A stretch of DNA of 64,000 nt from Cyanophora paradoxa CCMP329 (lineage: Eukaryota; Plantae; Glaucophyta), in NCBI GenBank assembly GCA_004431415.1, contig QPMI01000157.1, forward strand, positions 124,001-188,000. The letters are read 5' to 3'. Made by a program: the position numbers and the translations under genes. Position 1 is the first letter of the stretch; every line of letters begins with the position of its first letter. Below are positions 22,801-33,042 of the stretch, in pieces. The notes under the pieces are model-generated. The model was not told where the DNA came from. It saw only the letters and a program-made list of their open reading frames with translations, and ran no database searches.

Positions 22801-22998
22801 ACTGACATCCTCCTTGTCTGGATCGGTCTGATTTAAGGAAAGGGCATGCTCCCTTGATTGAGTCTTTGAAGAACCGTCAGAGCTGTGGTCGATTGATATT
22901 GAACCTTTAACTTTTATATTATCAAAGTTCACATGCTTTGTGCTGCTGGAATTATCATCTTGAATTGTTTCCAGATTAGGGGGGTAATTAAAGCTCAT
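16879..22998 (-). CDS. Long fibre/spike-like protein (~2000 aa if frameshifts are corrected)
   Basis: Chain of overlapping same-strand ORFs. Contains HTHTKSQITDF / HxHxWxxIxxKP phage tail-fibre repeats, a duplicated LamG/ConA-like module (GSIAEIIVFNRALTTAEKQQV) and a C-terminal VTFPKAFAEAPAVVL tip-like domain. Could be 2-3 genes. Confidence 0.7.
18348..20831. repeat. Near-identical ~700-bp direct duplication inside fibre gene (18348-19047 and 20130-20831)
   Basis: Same translated segment occurs in ORFs 17693-18829 and 19928-20917. Confidence 0.92.
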
Positions 22999-23041
22999 GG
23001 CTTTTACTATATGGATTTATAAAATTCCTTATAAGTATTAG

Positions 23042-24593
23042 ATGCCTCTCAAGGTCGTTTTAGCATTGTCAGGAGGCGGAGCAAGGGGCATTATCATTAC
23101 CAGACTGCTTAAAGAAATCGAAAATCGAACTGGCAGGCGTATAATAGATCTTGTGGATCTTGTTAGTGGAACTTCCACAGGTGGGATCATTGCCATTGGG
23201 TTGAACATTAGGCATCCAGATAGGGCAGGCGAACCCAAACTCACAGCCAATGATTTACATAATATATACCTCACTCAGCTGCCCTTGATTTTCGCAAATC
23301 CTCGAAATATAATCGAAAATGCCCTTTTTAACACCAAGTATGATGTGGCTCCTTTAGAAAGCGCAATCAATTCTGTTACTGGCGAATCCCTCATTCAAGA
23401 TTCCTTGAAGGACATTGTTATTACTTCGTTTGATACTCAGTACATGAAACCTATATTCATCACAAACGATAACAACTACAACTTTCTGCCCTGTAAAATA
23501 GCAGCAAGGGCTACCTCTGCTGCTCCCACCTACTTTTCACCTGTGAGTATAGTTGACTTCAATCATGGGATAACTGCTTGCCTTATTGATGGTGCTATCT
23601 CAGGAAACAATAACCCAGCGTGTGTGGCTATAGCCATGCGAGGAAGATTTACAGTGATGATGATGACATTATAGTTATAAGCATCTCTTGTGGTGAGGTA
23701 GACCCATATTTAGAGTCTGATTATTTCGGCTATGCTTATGAGACTGTGAACAGTTGGGGCATTCTCTCATGGATTGCCTCAACAGATGGAAGCCCATTGA
23801 TTAACATGCTCATGGCAGCAAGTGAGCTGTCGGCTCTTGACAAGATGGAGGAGTTGCTACCTTATAACTACGATCAGGATTATGGAAGGTACTATAGGCT
23901 ATCTGTTCCTCTTCCAAATCACATAGTCAGGTCCCTTGATGATACCTCTAAAATCCCTGACATGCTTTCGTTCACCGAGACATACATAGCAGCAAACAAC
24001 AGCATGATTAATAAGCTTTGCGATTTGCTGGTAGCAAACTATGAATTAAAGAACCCATCAAAAGCATACATCTCTTCCACTCTCACCCTGTCACCACCTT
24101 TGGATGCTAATTGGTACAAACTTGCTGATGATGCTTTACTGCCTCCTCCTCTGTGATAGGTAAAGAGCCCACATGGCTCGACCTTCATCATTTGGCTGGG
24201 AAGCTGGGGCATTTGCTCCAGAGCAGATATGGGAGACCCCACTGAGTACCTTCAAGTTGCTTTCCCATACACTTTTGAACTCTCTTCAGTGGTTGCCTAT
24301 GGGTCAGGGGACACCAATGCTTTTATAAAGACTTTCAGTGTGGCTACATCAACTAATGGGGTCAACTGGTCTTTTATTCGAGCAGAAGGGCAGAACAAAA
24401 CATTTGTTTGTGAGAATATAAACAATGCTAATAATTCCGGCGATATAGCTTTATTAAATGGTTACCCTCTCACCATCAAGGATGCTTTCTACGTAGGGTT
24501 CTCTTTGAGAATCAAGTATGTTCGCATTTATCCCTTGTCTATGTGAATGCTCCCACAATGAGAGTCGATTTTACAGGTGCGTTTATTCGATAA
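23042..24593 (+). CDS. Patatin-like phospholipase with probable C-terminal F5/8 type C (discoidin) domain; frameshifted
   Basis: Patatin motifs GGGARG, GTSTG, SAAPTYF and DGA. Discoidin-like motifs EYLQVAF, STNGVNW, YVRIYP and MRVDFTG in downstream frames. Confidence 0.8.
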
Positions 24594-25514
24594 ACTCGAG
24601 CTGAAAAGAATTGTCAATTCCGTTCATGTCAATGATTTCCCAAAGTAGTCTCTAAACTCAACTGTTAATTCCCTTACCACCAGATGTCGGTCGTTAATTC
24701 GAATAAATTCCCCATGCTCACCATTATAGTAAACATAGCCTCCTATATCCTTGCTTAATTGGAGTCTCAGTATGGCGCCTTGGTTTTGTGGCTGTGATTT
24801 TGGGACTATATTATGTCTGCTGGCAAAGGGAGCAAGTTCTTTGACATGTAAATAAAGGTACTGCTCAGCGTTCATGTCTGCCATCTTATTGCTGTAATAA
24901 ACATATCTAAGAGGTGTGGATGAAAGTCTGGATCCCGAAAAGGTAGTTCCCACAAGGGGTGATTGAGTGTGATAGGTTTGCCATCATACTTTAGAAAATT
25001 CTCAGGGCGATATGGAGATTGAGAGGGCGAATTGTCATCCATAAATGAAGACTGGAACTCAGTTGAGCTTAACCCCAGAAGCTTACCAATACGCTTATTG
25101 CTTGCTCTTATACGGAAAAATCTGTTACTGTAGAACTCCACTTTATAAGTGGTCGGATTGTAAAATAATTTGAATTCGAAAGCAACTGTTTTTCCTGCTA
25201 TAGTTTCCTCATAGAACACATAGTTCAATCCATAGTTGTATGGTTGGGTGACCCAAAATGTCCCTGATTGATATAACCGGTTGGCAGGGGGAGATGTTGT
25301 AAGTTACTGTTTCAGTGACAGAACTATCCTGATAGGTGAATTCCACTATTAAATGATCTGTTCCCACACTATTGTAAATGCTGTTTGGAATTTCTGCGTA
25401 AATAACCCTACACTCTCGAGGTCTCTCTACTGGTGTTGTGAGGGCAACCCTGTAAGAGTTTTCGGTTTCACCTTGGCTGCGATCCCTGCTATCAACATTG
25501 ACAAGCCGGTTCAT
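24583..25514 (-). CDS. Minor capsid (penton) protein 1; frameshifted over three ORFs
   Basis: N-terminal VDSRDR...SYRVAL...IYAEIPNSIYN and C-terminal YLYLHVKEL...LTVEFRD...FQLEF pattern of PLV/virophage single jelly-roll pentons. Confidence 0.72.
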
Positions 25515-25522
25515 TTTAATAT

Positions 25523-26554
25523 ATGAATATAGATAAAAGGAGAATGCCCGTGGATTACATTGAGGTGAGTTCTTTTAATACAATCTCTGGTGACGGTCCT
25601 ACTTCAAGCTTTGTAGCTCGACTTCCAAACATATATGAGAATGTGAGGGCTGTCAGGCTGGTCTCGGCCGAATTTTATAATAGTATCCCTATGGTGAGTG
25701 GTGAAACGCAACCAGGGGATATTACAATTGATAATTCATTCAGCATTTTTTGGAGTGAAGAATTCGATGGTGCTGGCATTGATGGCATTCCAACTACTCG
25801 ACCAGCGGCCGGCTTTGAACCTTGGAAGCAATTAATCATAAGTCGCAAAAAACCCATTCAAAGCCACCAGCAATTGGTAAATGTAATTAATGCGAAATTC
25901 GATGATAGAGAGCCGGAACCATCTATTCGCTGTAAATGGGATGAGTCACTAAAACGAATTATATTCCACTCAGAGAAACCTTTCTATTTAGCCTTCTCTA
26001 ACGCTGGAAATCCAAACCAGAAAACGATCCAAAAGTTGCTGAGCGCTGCCCGATTGCTTGGTCTTGATCCCGGAAGATATGGAAATTCCCCAATCCAATC
26101 ACAGGTTTATAATGCTCTTACTGATGGCATCTTTACTGGTGAACGGGTGAATGGTATTATATCTTCGTTTGAGCCTGAAAAGACAAGGGACAGTGTTTTA
26201 TTTGTCAGAGTAAAAGAGTTGGGTGATCTGGTTCAGTGTGGGGATGGTCTCCTGACTGGTTACTTCCACAAAATCGTGGTTCCTGACAAGGACTATGGTG
26301 AGCATGTGGTTTACAATTCAACAGAATCTCACCCACTTTACAAGTACTATAACAAAAAAATGGGTTTGTCTACATTCTCTGTGGATATAGTAAATGCTAT
26401 AAACGAACCAATCGATTTTGAGGGTCAACCTGTCCACCTCACATTTGAAATTCGATATGGGGAGGAGCCAGCAGGCGACCCTGTCTATGAATACTTTAAG
26501 ATGCGGATGTCACAAAGTCATCCAACATATCCAATCATTGCGAGTTTTGGGTAA
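25523..26554 (+). CDS. Minor capsid (penton) protein 2
   Basis: SSFVARLPNIYENVRAVRLVSAEF at the N-terminus and LFVRVKEL...LSTFSVDIVN...IDFEG..VHLTFEI at the C-terminus; directly upstream of the major capsid gene. Confidence 0.72.
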   Translation: MNIDKRRMPVDYIEVSSFNTISGDGPTSSFVARLPNIYENVRAVRLVSAEFYNSIPMVSGETQPGDITIDNSFSIFWSEEFDGAGIDGIPTTRPAAGFEPWKQLIISRKKPIQSHQQLVNVINAKFDDREPEPSIRCKWDESLKRIIFHSEKPFYLAFSNAGNPNQKTIQKLLSAARLLGLDPGRYGNSPIQSQVYNALTDGIFTGERVNGIISSFEPEKTRDSVLFVRVKELGDLVQCGDGLLTGYFHKIVVPDKDYGEHVVYNSTESHPLYKYYNKKMGLSTFSVDIVNAINEPIDFEGQPVHLTFEIRYGEEPAGDPVYEYFKMRMSQSHPTYPIIASFG

Positions 26555-26580
26555 ACACTAGGTTCATTCGTAATTTTTTT

Positions 26581-27978
26581 ATGTTACAGTATAATAAAAG
26601 AGAAAATCATGGATATTACGTCGACCCTCCAGCGCCTTTCGTTGAAAGAAGCCCTAACAACCCAGAGGAGGCCAAGGCCTTCTTTCTGGATAACTCCCTA
26701 ATGCTTGGTCTTGAATCCAAGTCTAAGCCCGTTCTTGTTGTTGTGAACCCGAGCAATACTTTTGAAAATAGTGTTGGAAATCGCATTTCATTCAAACTCC
26801 CTCGCTACAATTTCTGTGGCAAACTCGAACTTGCCTTCGACCTTCCAGCTATCACTTTTGGTGATGCTGATCTTGTTCGGAATGGGTACACTCGCCCAGT
26901 TGGTGCTTTGGTTCAGCGACTTGAAATTACCTATGGGTCATACACCTACCATATCCCTTCTGATTTCCTTGCTCATTTCCCTCTTGTCTATTATAGTGAG
27001 GATCAGCTTGCCAAAAAGAAGCGGTCAATGGGCATGCTTCACGGCATCCCCGCCCATGGAACCAACCGACTTGGTGGCTCATTCTTTGTTGAAATTCCTG
27101 TGCCTTGGCTAAACCACTACCTACCTCTTGGTGCTCTGTCTGGTGAAATGGTAGTAACTGTTTGGTTCAAGGATGTAGGGAAGGGTTATGTTGAGACTTC
27201 TTATGGTGGTCGTACTCTTCCTAAGGCTGGGGACACAGCCATTGATGGGGACAAGGACGATGGGCTTGGCGTCGCACCTGCTGAATCTGTGCTGGCACAT
27301 GTTGGCCAAAACATCACCACTTTCAATCTTGGTGCGCCAAACGTTGAAATTAAAATTACTTCTCCTCGCCTTTATATGTATGCTGTTAATGTGTCTGATG
27401 AGCTTTTCGCTACTGTTATTGAGAAGGTAAAGACAACTGGCATGGCTATCCCTGCTCTGGATATTGGATTTGTGGATGTCAGTGATATGAAAGCCAAGGG
27501 TGGTGCCCAACCCAATCGAGTTAACCTCTCCCAAATCTCAGGTCTCGTTTATGCTCTGCTTGTTTCAGTTCGTGATAACGCTACTGTTGACAAAGCTAAT
27601 GGTTCCCACAGTGTTCTCAAGACCTACTCCAACTCCAAAGAGATCACATTCACAATTGAGATAAACGGCCAGCGACTTTTTGCCACTGAGCCAATTTCGC
27701 TCCTGAAAGGTGCTGAGCTAATTGCTGATGTCTTCAAATGCTCTAATATGGATAAGGTTGCTGATCGCTATGTTCTTTCGGGTATGAGTTTCTGTCTTGA
27801 CGGTGAGAAGGCGATTCGCAATATTGCCCAGTCTGGCTATGTTGACCTGACCAATTCTTCATCTTCATTCCTCACTCTCTACATGCCCACTGACAAGGCA
27901 ATTGATGTCAATGTTCGCGCTCTCATGCACACGTTCCTCATTTTGGACAAGGACGGGCTCCGAAAAATTAATCTGTAG
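26581..27978 (+). CDS. Major capsid protein (double jelly-roll), putative
   Basis: ~460 aa, beta-rich. ISFKLPR...LELAFDLPAI, LVQRLEITYG and IPVPW...LPLGAL...VTVWFK pattern. Located between the pentons and the packaging ATPase. True start is probably ATG 26609 with a frameshift. Confidence 0.78.
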   Translation: MLQYNKRENHGYYVDPPAPFVERSPNNPEEAKAFFLDNSLMLGLESKSKPVLVVVNPSNTFENSVGNRISFKLPRYNFCGKLELAFDLPAITFGDADLVRNGYTRPVGALVQRLEITYGSYTYHIPSDFLAHFPLVYYSEDQLAKKKRSMGMLHGIPAHGTNRLGGSFFVEIPVPWLNHYLPLGALSGEMVVTVWFKDVGKGYVETSYGGRTLPKAGDTAIDGDKDDGLGVAPAESVLAHVGQNITTFNLGAPNVEIKITSPRLYMYAVNVSDELFATVIEKVKTTGMAIPALDIGFVDVSDMKAKGGAQPNRVNLSQISGLVYALLVSVRDNATVDKANGSHSVLKTYSNSKEITFTIEINGQRLFATEPISLLKGAELIADVFKCSNMDKVADRYVLSGMSFCLDGEKAIRNIAQSGYVDLTNSSSSFLTLYMPTDKAIDVNVRALMHTFLILDKDGLRKINL

Positions 27979-28084
27979 TCTAACCATTTCTCGTAAGGGA
28001 TTTCACAGACAAAATGAGTACTTTTTGCTAATGGAAAACTACTTAAAGGTTTGCTATACATAGATTGTAAGAAAGTCGTAACCA

Positions 28085-28996
28085 ATGCCGCTAAAACTGA
28101 ATTCTATTGAAAAGTTTATTGAAAAAAGTGTAAGCATCCATGGTGATAAATTCGGTTATGATTGTGCCAAGTATAATGGTTACAAATCAAACATCACACT
28201 GCTATGTAAGTTCTGTAACGAATACTTTGAGGTCATTTGTGGAAATCATCTAAATCCCAAGAGTCATGGAGGATGTAAAAACTGTAAGAGGATTTTCTAT
28301 CAAGCTCGTTTCCAAAAGAAAGTCGATGTATTCATTGAAGAAGCAAAAGCGAAACATGGGGACAAATATGATTACACGGGTGTGAAATATGTAAACGCTC
28401 GAACAAAAGTTGAGATCAAATGTAATACTTGTGGTACGTTCTTTTCCCAAATACCTGACTCCCATGTGAAAGGTCGAGGTTGTGAAAAATGTTCTTATAA
28501 AAAACGTGGTGAAGTAAGGAAAAGAACTCACTCAAAATTCGTTCAAGACAGTCAAGCTGTACATGGAAACAAATATGATTATTCTAAAGTGATTTACACA
28601 AACAAATTTGGTAAAGTATTGCTTGGTTGTAAGGCATGTGGAAAGGATTTTGAGCAGCAGGCTGATTCGCATCTTCGAGGATGTGGTTGTCCAAACTGTA
28701 AAATGTCAAAAGGTGAGAGCAAAATTGAAACTGTGTTAGACCTGATAGGTATTGAGTTCAAGAAACAAGCGAAGTTTAAAGGCTGCCGAAACGTTAAGGA
28801 GCTTCGATTTGATTTCTTCATACCATCATTGAAAATTGCGATTGAATACGATGGCATTCAGCATTTCAAACCTATAGAACAATTTGGAGGTCAACAAGCA
28901 TTTGAAGATACAAAACTGCGTGATGCTATAAAAATCGCTACTGTGAAGCCAACAATATTAAACTTTTGCGAATCCCATACACTGAAACTGACATAG
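28085..28996 (+). CDS. Zinc-ribbon repeat protein with C-terminal PD-(D/E)xK (Vsr/DUF559-like) endonuclease
   Basis: Three repeats of F...HGDKYDY...CxxC...H..G.GCxxC, then ELRFDFFIP...IEYDGIQHF. Confidence 0.8.
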   Translation: MPLKLNSIEKFIEKSVSIHGDKFGYDCAKYNGYKSNITLLCKFCNEYFEVICGNHLNPKSHGGCKNCKRIFYQARFQKKVDVFIEEAKAKHGDKYDYTGVKYVNARTKVEIKCNTCGTFFSQIPDSHVKGRGCEKCSYKKRGEVRKRTHSKFVQDSQAVHGNKYDYSKVIYTNKFGKVLLGCKACGKDFEQQADSHLRGCGCPNCKMSKGESKIETVLDLIGIEFKKQAKFKGCRNVKELRFDFFIPSLKIAIEYDGIQHFKPIEQFGGQQAFEDTKLRDAIKIATVKPTILNFCESHTLKLT

Positions 28997-29091
28997 AGGG
29001 GTGTATCAATCGATTCTTATCAAGTCTTTGATCTATAAACCATATTCAGTCACATCGTATTATTTTTATCTGGTTCTTTATAGAAGGAAGC

Positions 29092-29874
29092 ATGGGCGAC
29101 TTGGACGAATTTAATGCTGGTGAGATGATAAACCCCCCTTTCCGCGTTTTGGCAATTGGCAAATCTGCTACTGGTAAATCAGAGGCTGTCAAGTACTGGC
29201 TCAAGCAGCTTCATGATGCCAAAAAGATTGATGTCGTCCTTGTAATCAGTGGAACGGCTTTTAACAACTTTTGGAACAATGTAGCAAGTGTTCAGCTTGG
29301 CAAATGGGATGCTCCTTACATTGAAAAGGTTCTGGAAGATCGACAACAGAAAATAGAAAAAGGAGAGCCGATTAATCAACTCTTAGTTGTACTGGACGAT
29401 CTAATTGATAATGACTTGGTCGATCTCACTCGCGATAAAATAATCAACAAATTGTACTCTATGGGCAGACATTTGAAAATATCTATTATCTGTATCACAC
29501 AAAAGCTGAGGAAAGTCTCATCGACCATTCGCGTCAACTCAGATTATGCTATGTTCCTAAGCGCTGCCAATAGAAAGGAGCTTGAAGCCATTGAGGAAGA
29601 ATACAATATAATGCGGGACAAAGATGTTTTCTATAAAATGTTTGAAGAATATGTACATTCCTATCAGTTTCTAATTTGGTCATCTGCCGATTATTCTGTG
29701 AAATATTTCGTAGATAAAGCGGATTTGGTCAAAGATTTCCCATTTCCACGGTTCCACAGGAAGCCAAAGAAGAAAGAAGATGAGCTTAAACCACCAGAGA
29801 AAGAAGAAGGGCGAAAAGAAGTCAAAAGCCAAGTTCATAGTAATAAGTTAATGCGATATAAACGCGGTCTATAA
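29092..29874 (+). CDS. A32-like genome packaging ATPase (FtsK-HerA family)
   Basis: Walker A GKSATGKS, Walker B LVVLDD, and GRHLKISIICITQ...IRVN. Confidence 0.92.
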   Translation: MGDLDEFNAGEMINPPFRVLAIGKSATGKSEAVKYWLKQLHDAKKIDVVLVISGTAFNNFWNNVASVQLGKWDAPYIEKVLEDRQQKIEKGEPINQLLVVLDDLIDNDLVDLTRDKIINKLYSMGRHLKISIICITQKLRKVSSTIRVNSDYAMFLSAANRKELEAIEEEYNIMRDKDVFYKMFEEYVHSYQFLIWSSADYSVKYFVDKADLVKDFPFPRFHRKPKKKEDELKPPEKEEGRKEVKSQVHSNKLMRYKRGL

Positions 29875-29902
29875 AAATATCTCTCACTTTAATAAAGACA
29901 CA

Positions 29903-30637
29903 ATGCCCCCCAAACGCAAAATAGGCATCCCTGCTGGGGCTGTTGGTTATTCAGGCGGTGGTAACAATGGCTCCATTAACACAGACCCGCTTAAATTCAA
30001 TGGAATGAATGAGATAAAGCCCTCACAACAGCAAGAGGATCCCCTTAATGCCGCCTATGAGGAATCTTTTGATGACAAAGCCCCACAGACGTCCACCAGT
30101 GATCAGCTCAACATCTCCCCTGAAGCTTCTAAAATGAAGGCTGTGGGTGAGGGTGCCAGGCGAATTATAGGTGCTGCTGATGACAAAGGTCTTGGGCTCC
30201 AAGATCTATCACTCACTCGCAAAGGTGAGGGTCTCAGTAAAGAATCAGACAAGGTTATCCAGTCTATGGCGGGTGAAGTCACATACAAGACTGCTCCCAC
30301 CCAGAATATTCATCGAGTTCCCAAGGCTCAATGGGACGAAATGACTGCCAAGCTTAAAGATCTGGAAGCCAAATCAAGTGCCTTAGAGCAATATGTAACT
30401 GAGAAGAGAGAGAGATCCAAACTCAAGGAGATGCTAAGAAAGGAGGTGTTCAAAATGGGGATCACTGGGATTCCAGATAAACAGTTTATTGCCAAGAAAG
30501 AGAACCAAATTGATGAGCAAGCTGTTGATGAAATGAAAACAAAGACCCAAAAGGGGACTATTGAGCCAGGTGCTACAAAGGCTGAGGTGGACAAAGGTGT
30601 AGCCCCCACAGTGTATAAACGACGGGTTTGGCTTTGA
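29903..30637 (+). CDS. Hypothetical protein (charged, coiled-coil; possible virion core protein)
   Basis: 244-aa ORF with AT-rich upstream region; no motif recognised. Confidence 0.65.
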   Translation: MPPKRKIGIPAGAVGYSGGGNNGSINTDPLKFNGMNEIKPSQQQEDPLNAAYEESFDDKAPQTSTSDQLNISPEASKMKAVGEGARRIIGAADDKGLGLQDLSLTRKGEGLSKESDKVIQSMAGEVTYKTAPTQNIHRVPKAQWDEMTAKLKDLEAKSSALEQYVTEKRERSKLKEMLRKEVFKMGITGIPDKQFIAKKENQIDEQAVDEMKTKTQKGTIEPGATKAEVDKGVAPTVYKRRVWL

Positions 30638-30665
30638 GAAAAAATAAACGTTTTTTCTATTATAA

Positions 30666-30896
30666 ATGGATGATACCATCAGTCTGGTTGAGTTCACCGT
30701 TGATAGTCCTGTTAGTGAGAGTTATATTAAGAGCGCTGTAGCAAACCAAAAACGATACAGGGAAGACCCAGAATATAGAGAGTTTAAGAAACAGCAAGCC
30801 TTGGCATCATATTATCGCCGAAGGGCACAAAAAGATGTTGTGAGGCCTATAGGGAGGCCAATTAAATATTATCAGACCACGGAGAGCAGCAACTGA
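30666..30896 (+). CDS. Small basic protein with AT-hook-like GRP motif
   Basis: DPEYREFKKQ...IGRPIKY; similar to ORF 35942-36133. Confidence 0.6.
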   Translation: MDDTISLVEFTVDSPVSESYIKSAVANQKRYREDPEYREFKKQQALASYYRRRAQKDVVRPIGRPIKYYQTTESSN

Positions 30897-30921
30897 GTTA
30901 TTTTGTTTCGTTAATAGTAAG

Positions 30922-31347
30922 ATGTGGCAATGGCTCCAACAATTGCTGGATATGTTTCATATACATGTGACCAGCAATTATAAATGTAGCTGTTGTGATA
31001 CTACTATTGACGTCAGCATTGGATCTTCCTCCCCAAGTGAGTCCAGGAGGAACTCTTTGGATGTGGTGATGGGTAGGGCTGGCTCCAATGAGGGGCGAAG
31101 GGGGAGCTTAGAACCTATTGGAGAGGTGAATGGCGCGGAATTGGTTGAGGCTGTAAATAGCGCATTGGATGAGTACCAAGGGCAACTACATGTTCAGGCA
31201 AGGCCTTCAACACCTGAAAGGGGGAACGTTTACACATATGGGGATCACTATAGGGAGGTTCAAGACGCTTTCAGTGATGCGGTGATTAGGGCCTACCATT
31301 TAAGGGAGCAGGTTGAACACATCACTGGCCATCAGGGAGGGTATTAA
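30922..31347 (+). CDS. Hypothetical protein
   Basis: 141-aa ORF in the gene-dense viral region. Confidence 0.55.
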   Translation: MWQWLQQLLDMFHIHVTSNYKCSCCDTTIDVSIGSSSPSESRRNSLDVVMGRAGSNEGRRGSLEPIGEVNGAELVEAVNSALDEYQGQLHVQARPSTPERGNVYTYGDHYREVQDAFSDAVIRAYHLREQVEHITGHQGGY

Positions 31348-31558
31348 TCTCGTTTCCAAGTATGAGGAGATCGTTTGATATTTTTTGCAAAGCTGCTTTG
31401 ATATGTGGAGACAGGGGGGCTATTCGATGACCAAGGTTGTACAGTTCTATAGAGAGGCGATGTATGGAGTTACTCAGTTCTGAGCTTGGAGACGTCAGCG
31501 CCAAATATGAGAGTTCAAAGGAGACCTCTACAAGGCGAGTATGGATGGGAGTTGTCAT
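31322..31558 (-). CDS. Hypothetical small helical protein
   Basis: 78-aa ATG ORF with AT-rich upstream region. Confidence 0.45.
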   Translation of the reverse strand: MTTPIHTRLVEVSFELSYLALTSPSSELSNSIHRLSIELYNLGHRIAPLSPHIKAALQKISNDLLILGNEINTLPDGQ

Positions 31559-31754
31559 AATAATCTACTTTTAGGCAGCATAAAAATGCGAAAGGGGCGG
31601 CTCTGCGTAGAGCTTGATGAGAGCTTCACAGGAAAAAAAAGCGCGCTCAAAACGGCCAATCTGGTGCCGAGATATTCACGTTTGAAGTTCCTTAAGTGGC
31701 TCTAATTGAAAGTTTTAGAAACATTCTTATAGAGCTCTATAAGGAAATAGCTGC

Positions 31755-31993
31755 GCAATCTCAGCGTTGCGCGGCCATACAAGGAGCAATCTCAGGCTTG
31801 CGCAGCCACACACTGAGCAATCTCCGGCTTGCGCGGCCATACAAGGAGCAATCTCAGGCTTGCGCAGCCACACACTGAGCAATCTCCGGCTTGCGCGGCC
31901 ATACAAGGAGCAATCTCAGGCTTGCGCGGCCATACAAGGAGCAATCTCAGTCTTGCGCGGCCATACAAGGAGCAATCTCAGGCTTGCGCAGCC
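31755..31993 (+). repeat. 31-bp tandem array A (GCAATCTCAGGCTTGCGCGGCCATACAAGGA), 7 full units plus a partial
   Basis: Units start at 31755, 31786, 31817, 31848, 31879, 31910, 31941 and 31972. Confidence 0.95.
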
Positions 31994-31999
31994 CGCGTG

Positions 32000-32648
32000 T
32001 ATATGTATATGATATATATGAAAAAAAAACAAGTTTTGGTAAAAACTACAGCGCCGTGATCGCCATGACGCGGCGAGTCCGGAAAGCTATGATATATATA
32101 TATGTCATGCGACATTATGATATATCATATACATATATCATTATGGTATATACAAGTCGCTCAAATTGAAGTCTTATAAGGTCTTATAAGAGTTGTCTTA
32201 TAGAATTCTTTTCTAAAATCTTATATGGTCTTATAAGATTTAATGTGCGTACCGTAGCGCAGTACGCAAGCCACTTTGCGTACCGTAGCGCCGTACGCAG
32301 CCCACTGTGCGTACCGTAGCGCAGTACGCAGGCCACTGTGCGTACCGTGGCTCAGTACGCAAGCCACTGTGCGTACCGTAGCGCAGTACGCAAGCCACTG
32401 TGCGTACCGTAGCGCAGTACGCAGGCCCCTGTGCGTACCGTAGCGCAGTACGCAGGCCCCTGTGCGTACCGTGGCTCAGTACGCGCGAACGTACATATGT
32501 ATATGATATATATGAAAAAAAAACAAGTTTTGGTAAAAACTATAGCGCCGTGATCGCCATGACGCGGCGAGTCCGGAAAGCTATGTTATATATATATGTC
32601 ATGTGACATCATAATATATCATATACATATATCATTATGGTATATACA
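32000..32648 (+). repeat. ~150-bp direct repeat block following each array (32000-32153 and 32496-32648)
   Basis: TATATGTATATGATATATATGAAAAAAAAACAAGTTTTGG...CATTATGGTATATACA occurs twice. Confidence 0.92.
32244..32484 (+). repeat. 31-bp tandem array B (TGTGCGTACCGTAGCGCAGTACGCAAGCCAC), 7 full units plus a partial
   Basis: Period 31 from 32244 to 32461. Each unit carries the palindrome TGCGTAC-N9-GTACGCA. Confidence 0.95.
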
Positions 32649-32805
32649 TTTGGTATATGCGAAACTGAAAATATTCGTAGCTCGTCACCAGATCATCGTA
32701 AGGCTATGATGTTGGGGTCTATAAATATCTACTTTTTACGAGAAATCCAACGGTGATAGCGGCAAGGAGTGAATCGGTGATTTTAAGATGGGGTACTTAC
32801 AATTT

Positions 32806-33042
32806 TCATGACTTTCTCCAGCTAAAATTTGCTTTGTGGAGTAGGGCATACCCCTCCATGCCATAGTTATCACATATGATGTTCTCATATGCCTCCATCA
32901 ATCTGCGCAATTCTTTACTTTTCTGGGGGTTGATGTCTTGGGGGGACTTCCTATACTCATCATAATACTGCTGCCTGACTGCCTCCCACAGTTCAACCAT
33001 GTCCTCAAGGGGGATGTCATCATAGCTGCTATCTGAGTCCAT
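32806..33042 (-). CDS. Hypothetical small acidic protein
   Basis: ATG at 33042 (MDSDSSYDD...), with an AAAATTGA motif 55 bp upstream. Confidence 0.55.
   Translation of the reverse strand: MDSDSSYDDIPLEDMVELWEAVRQQYYDEYRKSPQDINPQKSKELRRLMEAYENIICDNYGMEGYALLHKANFSWRKS

Noticed and set aside
31755-32484. Possible CRISPR-like arrays
   Set aside because: Units are contiguous 31-bp tandem repeats without unique spacers, and no cas-like genes are present.
31696-32606. Short ORFs across the 31-bp arrays
   Set aside because: The period is not a multiple of three; these are repeat-derived translations.
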